Shown here: piece after piece, positions 17,901 to 35,200 of the stretch
Position numbering within the stretch: the first letter of the stretch is position 1
Layout of the letters: every line of letters begins with the position of its first letter
Assembly (NCBI GenBank): GCA_964035545.1
Contig: OZ037771.1
Location: forward strand, 3,483,628 to 3,547,627
DNA length: 64,000 bases
Origin: Bugula neritina
Lineage: Eukaryota > Animalia > Bryozoa
Direction: 5' to 3'
The notes under the pieces: generated by a model
Database searches by the model: none
What the model was told of the DNA's origin: nothing
What the model saw: the letters and a program-made list of their open reading frames with translations, nothing else
Made by a program: the position numbers and the translations under genes

Positions 17901-18088
17901 AGAGCTGAAGGAATCATCAAATGCCTACGAAAGTATGATTTTTGAAATCCTTGGATTTTTTTGTATTAGAAAAGTTCAAAATCTAAAAATTGGAAATTAA
18001 TTTCAAATTTAAGTATTTCCAAATTAAACCTTCATTTACTACACTTTATAAACGCCGCCACATCCCCGGTTTTGTCGCGACTGGTCAC
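14938..18088. mobile_element. Degenerate non-autonomous TIR DNA transposon (~3.15 kb), superfamily unassigned
   Basis: Left end GTGACCTGGCACCACAAAACAAGGGATGT vs reverse complement of right end GTGACCAGTCGCGACAAAACCGGGGATGT (23/29 identical). ATAT on both flanks (14934-14937, 18089-18092). A second inverted match (aaaatcgcatttaaagttggcaact at 15125 vs reverse complement ending 17900, 23/25) lies 187/188 bp in from each end. No intact transposase ORF. Confidence 0.7.
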
Positions 18089-18562
18089 ATATTAAGCATG
18101 TAATACATTTCATGTACATATTGCAATGTATTACATACATACCTATTATGTGTGTATATATGTATAGCGTTGCGTGATGGTTGCTATATTAAGAGTTCTT
18201 TTATTGGTTGGCTTACTCAACATGACGTGATAGAAAATTGCAAACAATATCTTGGCAATAATCCATTCATATTGATTTTTGCTAAAATTTCCCAAGCATA
18301 AGCTGAGTGTTAGCATATTAGTGTTATTGTTTTGGCCTTCGTATTTAGCGTAGCCAGATATTTTACTACTTACACAGCTATAACTATGTCACCTTCTCTC
18401 TGATATCCAGGTAAGACTCGAGGAATTTTTTAAAATCATTTTAATACTTTTGCTCGCATACAAATTTAAAGACTCACGCAAATTTATAGTCTCTATTCTT
18501 GCGAGAAAACCTAACTGAAAAAGTTACTTTTGTAAAATGAGTTAATGGACTTATTCATGTGC

Positions 18563-18686
18563 GGCACAGGAGCAATTATGACTGGATGCTCTTCCTAACA
18601 TCACCAACAGACTTTACTGGAAATTAAACCCATGACCTCAAATTTACTAAGACAGTGTTCTGACCCCTAGACCACAGCTGCTCCTA
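18563..18686 (-). mobile_element. tRNA-derived SINE copy (degenerate), antisense in the first intron of the ankyrin gene
   Basis: Reverse complement has A-box-like tggtctaggggtc and B-box-like gggtttaatttcc, then ttggtgatgttaggaagagcatcc..attgctcctgtg; colinear with the copy at 35520-35630. Confidence 0.7.
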
Positions 18687-19090
18687 ACATTTTTGCTACC
18701 TTATAGTTATAAAAACTAAAGATAAATTGTAATCTAGTGAGAATCTATGGTTTTCACCTTACTGTCTACACAATGAATGTCATCATTCAATTTTAATCAG
18801 ATTTGAAATAAAAGAATTCATCTGACATCACTAATATTTCTATGAATGATGTCAGAATCCCTCTTGGCTACTCTGTAATTCACTCACTGTAGCTGATTGA
18901 GGAAATGAAATGGTCATCATTATTAAGTATCTCCCAGCAGGCTAGTTTAACCTGTCTGCAATTCTGTCAAGATATAATAGCTCCATGCTTAAGATTCCTT
19001 CCAAGAAAGAGAGTATACACTGAGTAATAACTCTTCAATAACTGGTTCTATACGCCTTGCAGGCTTAGCTTCTGCCCACATCACTTTATA

Positions 19091-24737
<5,647 letters not shown>

Positions 24738-25789
24738 TGTGTCTCTGCTGTCAATAGATTTATAAAATATATCTGTGTTGAGATATTCCTGTCATGGTTA
24801 TATAATATATGAATTAAGAGCTATACATCTCATATTATACAATGAGATACTATAATAATATATTATATATATGAGATACTAATAATATATTATATATATG
24901 ACCGTGTGTGGTTATTACAAAATTATTCTGAAGCAATTATTATGTAATGCAACATGATATTATATATTGTAAGTTAATACAATATAATATAATATAATAT
25001 ATAATTGCTATACAAGTACATGCTACTGTATAGTTTGCAAAACATATTTTAATTGTTTACGCAGCTACATGACTATTAAATTAGTAGCAGAAGGCAATGG
25101 TGAGAAATGTGAGAAAATAATTTCATGCCGAGGAAGAGTTTTTCTGTTCAATAGCATTAGAAAAGCACCTTATGCTTGGCTTGATAAACTTATCTATTTT
25201 ATTTCGATAATTTAACCAGTCATTACTTTTTGTCAACGTAACAGACAACTTGTAAAGCACTATTAATAACAAATATATTATTTAGAGGAAGCAACTCCGA
25301 ATATAAATTCTTCACCCTGTGCCAAGTAATATTATACTTGGTAGGCTGGTAATTATTGCCATGAGCAGGTTTTACAACACAATATCATTGTTTTTGTTGC
25401 CATTAAGTTTAGAATTGAGAAATTATTCAATTAGTTTTCACAACATAACTAAACATTTTAGCAGTTTTTGGATCAACGATAATATCATAATTACTATAAT
25501 TGAAAGGGCTTATTGTTCTGAATAAACAATACGGTCAGATTAGTACTGCATGTGAACATTCAATTTCCGGAAAAAGTTATCAAGAAAATCCAATCAATGA
25601 AAAATATAACGTTATAACGTTATAAAAATACTATTACTTCTAGTAATTCTCTAATGATCATATAAGTACAACAACAGTTTGTTAATTTTAGTATTTGTGA
25701 TAACACAATCACTGAATAATTACCTAATCTAAGCAAATTCGCTGCATGAACGGGAGTCTTGAAGTATTTAGTAGTAAATTGTAATACTA

Positions 25790-26360
25790 ATACACTATCA
25801 CTGTCACTATGACTATAAGTATAACTATAAGTATAAGTATACAGATACTCATACTGATACTCATACAGTCACAGTGATAGTGATAGTCATAGTGATACTA
25901 ATTGAGTAGCACTATTAGTAATAGTAAATGTAATAAGATTAAAATAGCTATAAGTATAAGTATAACAATTAACATTAAATGATTATTATAACTATAAGTA
26001 GTATAAGTATAACTATAAGCAATAATATTAATTATAATATTAATTCAATAGTAAGACTATTGCTTAGCCTTATGTCTAATAGTACTACTAATAGTAATAG
26101 TAATACTCTAATAGTAATACTAATAGTAATGAATAATAACTGTAAGATATTGATATTATTATTAAATACATTGGTTAATAAATCACTGATACTTTCAGTT
26201 ATATTGATGAGTTAGTGTTACCGTCACTCTATAAGTATAATGCATATCACCATGACTATCACTATCAGTATACATATGTTTTTCAGAGTTCAAACATGCT
26301 GAGTTTAAGTTTTTACTAGTACTATTATTATTACTATTAGTTATAAGTATTAGTATTACT
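25790..26360. repeat. Degenerate hexamer-periodic low-complexity repeat (agtaat/actatc/agtata type)
   Basis: 6-bp periodicity, e.g. gatactcatactgatactcatacagtcacagtgatagtgatagtcatagtgat; similar tracts near 2870-3030, 7540-8700 and 16750-17550. Confidence 0.7.
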
Positions 26361-28812
26361 ATTAATGATGTTTAACTCTGTTTGTGTGTAGATAAGCATA
26401 TCTTTTCACAAAGCCACTCATAATGACAGTAATACTAATAGTGACGGGAACACTTGCCAAGAACAAGCATGGCTGTCACTTTGAGTTTGAGTTTTAGTTG
26501 ATATTGAGAATTCACCTTTTTTCATTTAAATAAGAATGGTTATTTTTATTGCCATTCAAAGAAGTTGGAGTGATAAATGATTATCTGTTAATGGTTTTTC
26601 TATTATAATAATTATTATAATAATGATACACTAAAATAATAAATTGATCAACATGTAATGTTGACATTAGTTTTTTTAATATATATTTATTTAATCTAAT
26701 TGTTTTCACAAATATTTGAAACTAACAAGTTATGATCAATAATTTTTCAATATATTTGTAATGGGGGTGTAATATTCTATTTTTATTCAATCAAGATGTT
26801 TAAATTCTTTATTATAAAAAAATTGCTAGGGTAATGCAGTTACTAAGTAAAAGTGCTAGTTTTACTATTGATATTCATTGCAGGATCATAATAATTACCA
26901 ATACTACTATTCAAAACAGCAAGGGTAGCACAATAGGCAAGTTGGGGATTTTTGACAGTTTTCAAAAGTTCAATTCTCAACATATTTACAATGGATAGCT
27001 CAACTGGCTTAGTATTGCCTGTATCACATGAATTTTTATTAATGAGTTATTACACTAATAGTTTAAAATCAATTTTAAATTAAAAGGATTTCATCATTTT
27101 TATGAAGCCAAGCTCAGCGAAATGAAATTATATATAAAAGCCTCCTTATCCAATGCTCAATATTGCTAAGATAGTCACAGTTACCAAAGAATTTTGTAAA
27201 ATCTGCATAACCAATTCTCACTTTTAGTTTTAGTCTTCATACATTCCAATCACAATCATATCAACGGTTATGACATTTATGTGCTGAATTATCTGTGAAA
27301 TATTCATATTTAAATTTTACTTACACTTTTGTTTGCTGGGTCTGTTGCAAAACTATTTTATTTTAGTATGTCGTATTTGAAATTTACATTATATACCATT
27401 CAAACTCACTCCATGTTAATCTGCAATTTTTTGCCAGGCTTTCATTTTTTTTATATATATGAAAATATTTTTGTATATTCAATTCTCTTCTCAGTTAGAG
27501 TTTCTAACCCTCAATACTTGGGGGCGCCCAATACTTGAGCTGAAACCTCAAACATTTGTCTGTTTTAGACTCAAGAAAGAGTTTTGAATGCAGAGCGGCC
27601 CTGCAATACACAGTATGAGTGGGTAAGGCTTACATGTATGTTACTGCTACTCACAAGGATAGTACTGTATATAGTTTGTAAATTTAGCTGTGTAGTGGTA
27701 TTTTAATTCTCTTTAACTGAGGGTAGCTCTAAAGCATTTAAATGCAATGGAATTTACTGGAGATTGTGAAGTTTATGTTTTAATTAATCTTAAAGCTTAT
27801 GGCAGACTAAAATGTTTTAGTTGGTGGGGAGGGGGGGAGGGGTGGGGGTTAATATATACTAACTACAATGTCGCTGGTTTTTATTATAGTCTTCATTTAT
27901 TTATTATTCCTAAAATTGCTCATCTCTTTTCTCGTCTCAGGAAATTGTATTCAGTTTTTGTAATCAGATAGTATATAAATTATGTTACAAGATGCCAACA
28001 CATAATAAATTTGCACTCTATTATTACAAAGAAAATGTGGAAAAGTAAACTAAATGCTTGGAGTTATCTTCTCAGCATATTACATAAATACAGTGTGTAG
28101 AGTCAGCAGTACAAAAACCTATTGATACAGAGTATTATTATTCCTTGATGCATATTCTTATGTATAAATGCATATTTTTATCACTGCATAATAACAAAAC
28201 GTTTTGTAGTAACCAGATACTAAAACTAGTTGTAATTGTACCTTTCACTTGTTCATAACAAGAAAGAATATAAGTTTTTGATAAGTAATATAATAAGCAT
28301 TAGTTGTACTTACACACACAAGTTTATATTCCCATATTTTAAAAAAAGAGATGTATAGTTAAAGGCTGGAATTATTAGCTTTCACTTACTGTTAGAGAGC
28401 TCATTGCAACTGTTTTTGAGTGAAACTGTTTTAGGGGGTATTTACTAAGTTACAGTTCAACTTGCTATAAGCTTACTGTATATACACATGCACATATTTC
28501 TCAACAATAGGAATAATAGGTTTGAACTGAGGGGGTATTGTGTTACAGATTGATATATTGATAAGTGAGTAATTCAATAAGATTGGCTGAATATCAAATT
28601 ATTAGGAGCACAAAGTCAACTACGAGTGCTCCATTTACCGGACATAATTGCTAGAGTAAGATCTATGATAAGCCACAATACTTCAGCCTATAAGCAGCTG
28701 GCGGAATGCTAAGTCTACTGATAGGCTAAACTTATCTATAAATATACAGAGTAGCTGCTGAGTGCATCGTATGCAGTATACTAGCTACCAGTATCAGTTC
28801 AAGCAAAGTTGT

Positions 28813-29199
28813 AGCTGTGAAAGAAAGCTAGAGCTGTGAAAGTAAAGCTAGAGCTGTGAAAGTAAAGCTAGAGCTGTGAAAGTAAACTAGAGCTGTGAAA
28901 GTAAAGCTAGAGCTGTGAAAGTAAACTAGAGCTGTGAAAGTAAACTAGAGCTGTGAAAGAAAGCTAGAGCTGTGAAAGTAAAGCTAGAGCTGTGAAAGTA
29001 AAGCTAGAGCTGTGAAAGTAAAGCTAGAGCTGTGAAAGTAAACTAGAGCTGTGAAAGTAAACTAGAGCTGTGAAAGTAAACTAGAGCTGTGAAAGTAAAC
29101 TAGAGCTGTGAAAGTACAGCTAGAGCTGTGAAAGTAAAGCTAGAGCTGTGAAAGTACAGCTAGAGCTGTGAAAGTAAAGCTAGAGCTGTGAAAGTAAAG
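28813..29199 (+). repeat. 19/20-bp minisatellite (agctgtgaaagtaaa[g]ctag) x~20 just upstream of the PINCH ATG
   Basis: 20 copies of gctgtga counted; ends about 80 bp before ATG 29281. Confidence 0.97.
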
Positions 29200-29280
29200 T
29201 AATACTGCGAATTAGCGGAAGAAGACTTTGGATATTAAATTCAACTGAACTGGATTGGCTATTCAACTTCCTACCACAAC

Positions 29281-32200
29281 ATGGCCACACTTCATGCGCC
29301 TCAGTTTCTCCAACCTCTGAATGAGCAGAATGCTAGTCCACTGTTTAGGAGGAGAGCAAATACTAGAGAGCGAGATCATGCCCAGGTTGGGGGTGGTGGA
29401 GCTGATGGCCCTAACTTTGGGAGTAGTCGGTTTAGTGATACTCAAGCAAATCAGTAAGTGTCAGTTCAATGGTTGGGAAGGGAAAAAGAAGACTCACACT
29501 ATAAAGCAATTTTTTCTTAATCCATTTTCATCCTTTGACTTTTTAATAGAAAGGTTTAGTTGTGATAAATGCTAATTAACGCTCGTACTTATGTCTTAGT
29601 TTTACACACAACTACCTAGACATACCCTTGTTTAACTCTACAAATTGAGCTAGTTATTGATATGTTATTTTATAATACTCCATAAACTCAACTCAACTAA
29701 TATCATTGAAAAATTCTCTCAAAATAAGTGATGTGGTATGATTTTTGATTTGCAATATTGTGAAATTCGAAAAAATAAGAAAAAAAATTCCCTTTGAAAA
29801 TGTATTGAATGCAGAGATGCAAATTTTGCTCAAGTTTTTAATTTTTATTTTGATGTTAGGGTTTACTTTATCTCATGATTAGACAACTGCTTATGTTGCA
29901 AAGTTCTGCTAGAACTAATGCTAGGAACTTACACCTACAACTGCCACCTAGTTCTGGAAATGACTAGCATTGAAAACTCTCTATGAAGTTATTTCCTGTT
30001 TAAGTTCAGTAACCGAATATTTGGATAGCTTAAGTTTTTAGATTTTATTCTTGAATTTTGGTTTAAATCGCGAGTTGAGTTTCTCCAAAAGACTCCCTAC
30101 GTTATATTTTCATCTAGAACCTAGGCTTTACATAGTTGCTACACCAACATCTACTTGCCTAACAGAGTATGGTCACAGGGCCAGTTGTCTTTACAGTTTA
30201 CAGCTAATAACGAGTACACAACTCATTGCTTTGAACTGGAAGATATTTTCTCTCCTTGGTGAAATCTACTGCTTTTTATAAATATGTATTTCATGGCCCA
30301 CTTACTGATCAGATAGACTGGGGACTTGGTAATAATGCCCTCAGCTGCTGCACTTTGAACTGCTATAGTTTAATGAATGTAGACATTCACAGCTTACACA
30401 CTATCTTATGGCTGCAGTTATATCACCCTGAATACTATATCAAGTTACACTGCATGCCACTTGTACTACGCTAACCTTTATAACTACACAACTGGAACTA
30501 GTTTTTGTTCAGCTTTATTTTGACACAAGACTACTTAATTTCAAGAGAAAACAACTTCTGTCGCTCAGTTTGACTAGAATTTAGGTTACATAGTTGTCAG
30601 CTGTTGAATAAATAACATCGTACAATGAGGTGGTGCTACGTGTGTTATCACTACTTGCACCCAGCATTTGGTGGAGTTATAAGTCATCTGATAATCATGC
30701 ATGGGAAATTAGCCATTGGGTCTAGTGCTACGTACACGTAACTTGTTCTATTCTTTGCCAATAGCGCTGCCTTTGCACCCTTGTGCTGTTATTAGTCATG
30801 GGGGGACGTCTACCACTGGGCTTTCTACCCCCCCCCCCACTTTCGGGGTCAAACTCAATGCACAATTTCCTATCAGCTGATATGATAATCTTGACTAGTT
30901 TCTAGACTACTTACTAATATCCAATATCCATTTAACTTCTACACAACTATGTACCAGTAAATAAGTGCACCTGTTTCATGGTTTTTGTTAGCAATAGAAA
31001 AATATATAATATGTCTGCAAAATATTACATCAATAAAACCAGGTTACTATATCCAGGCAGCAGCAGCTAGTTGTATGCTGACTATATATTTACTCTCTTA
31101 CTATGTTATACAGTGACATGCAGTTGGGACCTGACGGTTCTCTTGCCATATGTACGAGATGTCACGAAGGTTTTGACGTCACCGAGAAGATCGTGAACTC
31201 TGGCGGAGATATGTGGCACCCAAGATGCTTTGTGTGAGTTTAACTTCAACTCCCCCCTCACCCCCCTTTCCCGGTCTGTCTATCCACTTGTAGGCAGAGT
31301 CAACACTGTATAAACCCAGTAGCTGATGATGTAATGTCATTGTGCAGTGGTACATGGGACATTAGCCTGCTGCTGTAAACTCTTTCTGTCTACTCAACTG
31401 TAGCTGTAGTTCTATGCACTGGCGTCATGAGTCAACCCCCCTCTAACCCTCCCCTACAAAAGATATATAAATTAATTTCGCTTTGGCTAGCCAGAATCAA
31501 CTGTAGACAGAAGTATACCATGTCATTTATACTGAAGGTTAACTCCAATTTTATGATATTGAACTATATTGTCATTTAGTTATATATCCGTAGTAAAATT
31601 GAAGTTGTTTCCCTTGACTTGTTCTAGATAATAATTTATAGTATGTCTTACTATTAAGCTGTAGTAGAAGTTGATTGTCTGATTGACCTAATTACCATTC
31701 ATTCGCTATCTCATAATCTAGGTCACCTAATCAATGTACTCATTGTAACGTAGTCATTGATCAAATGAAAGAACAAATGGTCAACTATAAGGGGCGCGTG
31801 TGGCACCCCCAGTGTTTTGTGTAAGTAAACTGCTCAGCGGTGACCCGCCATGTCCTCCTTAACCTCTACATATCCTCTCTAGACATCTACTAACACCCGG
31901 CCATCAGTCTCATTGGTTCCAATTCTTTCATTTCTCATACTCTATCCTAAGACCTAAGTTAACCTCATTTCATTTGACTCTAAGTTTTAGCACAAAATGT
32001 TCATATTTTGTCAAAATATCATTTGTCCCAGCAAGATATCTGTGAATATTGAGCATATTTTGAATCACTCCTTTATTTAAATAGTTACACTGAAGTAAGA
32101 GAGTAAATTTTCACTTATATATCAATAAATTTGATTGAAAAGTAAATAATTCTAGTCACTCATTAAGTCAGCTCTCGCTGCTTTCAATGTCAGGTGGTAG

Positions 32201-35200
32201 AGTGGGTGGTCTTATTCTCGGCTGTCTCTTTGTCTAACGTGATTGGCTCATTGCTCAGCTCATTGCCCGAGTTCTACTCATTCACTTTATGTCATCACGG
32301 AGAGGTTGTCTTGCTGTCCCATCTTTTTGTGCTCTCCGAGAGTAAAGAGTTGTGGTAAGGTTGACTGTTGAAGTGTAAGTGTGAGGTGTAATGTGTAAAT
32401 GTGTAAATGTGATGTGTAAGTGTCATGTGTAAGTGTCATGTGTGAGTGTGGTGTAAATGTGATGTGTAAGTGTCATGTGTAAGTGTCATGTGTGAGTGTG
32501 TGAAGTGTAAGTATGAACTATGAGGTGTAAGTGTGTAGTGTAAGTGTGATGTGTAAGTGCATAGTGTAAGTGCATAGTGTGAGTGTGATGTGTAAGTGCA
32601 TAGTGTAAGTGCATAGTGTAAGTGTGATGTGTAAGTGTATAGTGTAAGTATGATGTGTAAGTGCATAGTGTAAGTATGATTTGTAAGTGTGATGGAGAAG
32701 CTGAGATAGCTGTCGGATGTCATGGCAAATGTCACAAGAGACTCAAGTTGACAGGGAGACTGAGAGGTGGACTGGTGGTAACAATCTCATCCAGAGTTTT
32801 GAAACTTATTGTGTTTTAATCAAGTAGACGGTAGAGGATTGAAATTCCTGTCGATAATCTAGTTTCCAAGAAACTTTACAGTTGAATGCACTCTAGTAAA
32901 ATGTTTAAGTTGCAGGTATAATTACTTCAAGCACCTTAGATTTACTACTAAATGTATAATCATGTCCTTATGGCTTTTTCAACGGTCAAAAGTCTCCAAT
33001 ATATCAGGCCGAGCTTGCACGTGAGATACTGATGGTAGATGAGGTAGTAGTACCACTAAGTGACCGCCATGTTGTGTAGGTCACATGATCAGTCCTGACA
33101 CCTGTAGCTCAGGTCTATTACTCACCCTGTCTACACTTGGTGTTCAGTTGATGCATCATGTACCCTTTTGGTTCTAACTTTATATATTTACTGGCTGTAA
33201 AGGCTGAGACGTCTTTGTGGCTGTGTGCGAAGTGTGTCTGTAGCAACTGTATAGCCCGTGTTCTAACATGTTCACAATTGTCTTGTAGGTGTGCTCAGTG
33301 CTTCCAACCCTTTCCAGATGGTGTCTTTTATGAGGTAATGTGGTTAAAGTGCCTGCGGCACCCAAGTTTTTATCTAGTAATTTTTTTGTACTTAGTTTTT
33401 TCTTCTCATAATTTAAGTTTGAAAATAAATTTTGATAATGCCCAGGTTTTTTGTGGTAATGTAAACTTTATTAATCGAATAATGACTTCTTGGAGTTGTC
33501 TATCCAACCCTATATTTGTAATATTACGCAGCATGGCTGCATGTTTCATGCTGTAATTATGCTCTCAATTTTTAGTTTGAAGGAAGGAAGTATTGTGAGC
33601 ATGATTTCCAAGTGCTCTACGCTCCTTGCTGCAACAAGTGTGGCGAGTTTGTGATTGGTCGAGTTATTAAAGCAATGAACACGTCGTGGCACCCTTCATG
33701 TTTCCATTGTCAACTCTGTGACGCTCCTTTGGCTGATATCGGATTCGTTAAAAATATGGGCAGGTATGACGTCTCTTTCTGATTCCCATGTGAATACTTA
33801 AATGACTATTTGACGGAGTTTATGTGTCCAGATTTAGACAGCGTGGTTTGTCTAATACTTTGGTCAGAGTAGATAGATGTGAACATATTTCTCTTACATT
33901 ATGTAACGTAATCTTAGTAGAATTTTGGTTATTTCTATGTTTGTGGCGTCTTTAGTATACACATCTCTAAATTGTATCAACAACTGCCATTATCAGTGTA
34001 TTTCTTCATATGTAGAAAGTGTGTAAAGTGACTCGCTGTTACCTGGAACTATACTGTTTCCTGTACATCACATTACCCTGTCCTAAACAAAGCTACGCTA
34101 TCTGCATGCATATATCATGAATAAGTACTGGTGGTATTTATATGAGCTGCTTCATTATTTTTTCTTATCCATTATCATATGATGGTGAAGGAGGATATTT
34201 ATAATGTAAAACAATAAGAGATAACTTTGTGTGACAAATAGCTGGGTTAATTTATATTTATTGACTAGTGAGCCTGTTCCATGCGCCAACATGTGGCCGC
34301 TGGTTGCCATAGTAACAGTGAGTATAGCCTAAGGTCCAACTTCCTATTGTAGAGCTCTGTGTAGAGAATGCAATGCTAGAGAGAAAGCATCTGGTAGTGG
34401 GAAATATGTCTGCCATAAATGTCAGTAAGTATTCCACCTGTTTGCCAGCCTTTATATCTGGTGAGGGGTTGACAACTCCAGGTGTTGTCATTCCCAATTT
34501 TTGTGTGAGTAACTTACGGTGAGTGTAATTAGATTGTAAATGAATAATATATAGCATAGCATAATATATATATTATAGGATGGTACAGCATAGCATAGTG
34601 TATATATTATAGAATGGTACAGTATAGCATAGTATAGGCTATAGTGTATAGGCCCTTTAGGTTTACAGTTTTTATTTGAGGTTTTTTATTGTTATTTTCT
34701 GCCAGTTTTTATTTCTATTGAAAAATTATTCATTTCCAATTTGCTAATGCTAAACTAGTACTAAACTTATTTCTAATTGTAGTATGCTGATATATTTTTG
34801 AATTATTTGAATTACAGCAAAAATTGTTTAAGCTTTTCAAGTTTGTGCATTTTGTTGCCTAGTTTTTCTCAAGATGGCAGGACAACTCTTCAAATAAATT
34901 TAGTATATTATAATTATATCATGATGTGACCTCCAATTATAGCATAATAATTACAGCATATTAACATGAATGCTAACCATTGTATTATAATATATCGTAA
35001 CGACGTGGTGATGAGATAGCTTCACGAGATGATATATCGTAGTGTATTTTTACACAAAGCTAGTACTATTGATATTCTTGTAAGAACATTCTAGAATAAG
35101 GATGGTTCATTCTTTCCAATGTTGTAGCGCTATCATAGACGAGGGGCACATCAAGTTGAAAGGGGACGTGTACCACCCGTACCACTTCAGCTGTGCCTCG

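Noticed and set aside
18386-18410. ATG with in-frame TGA that would join exon 19971 in frame (selenocysteine or readthrough?)
   Set aside because: An intervening exon 19063-19154 supplies a normal ATG (19091) in the correct phase, so this is a 5-codon uORF; no SECIS recognised.
28813-29199. CRISPR-like regular repeat
   Set aside because: Head-to-tail units without unique spacers, no cas genes, eukaryotic context.
33158-33288. Cys-rich in-frame 5' extension of PINCH exon 33289 from an intronic ATG
   Set aside because: Does not fit LIM spacing and overlaps a normal branch/acceptor region; likely a chance open frame, though not excluded.
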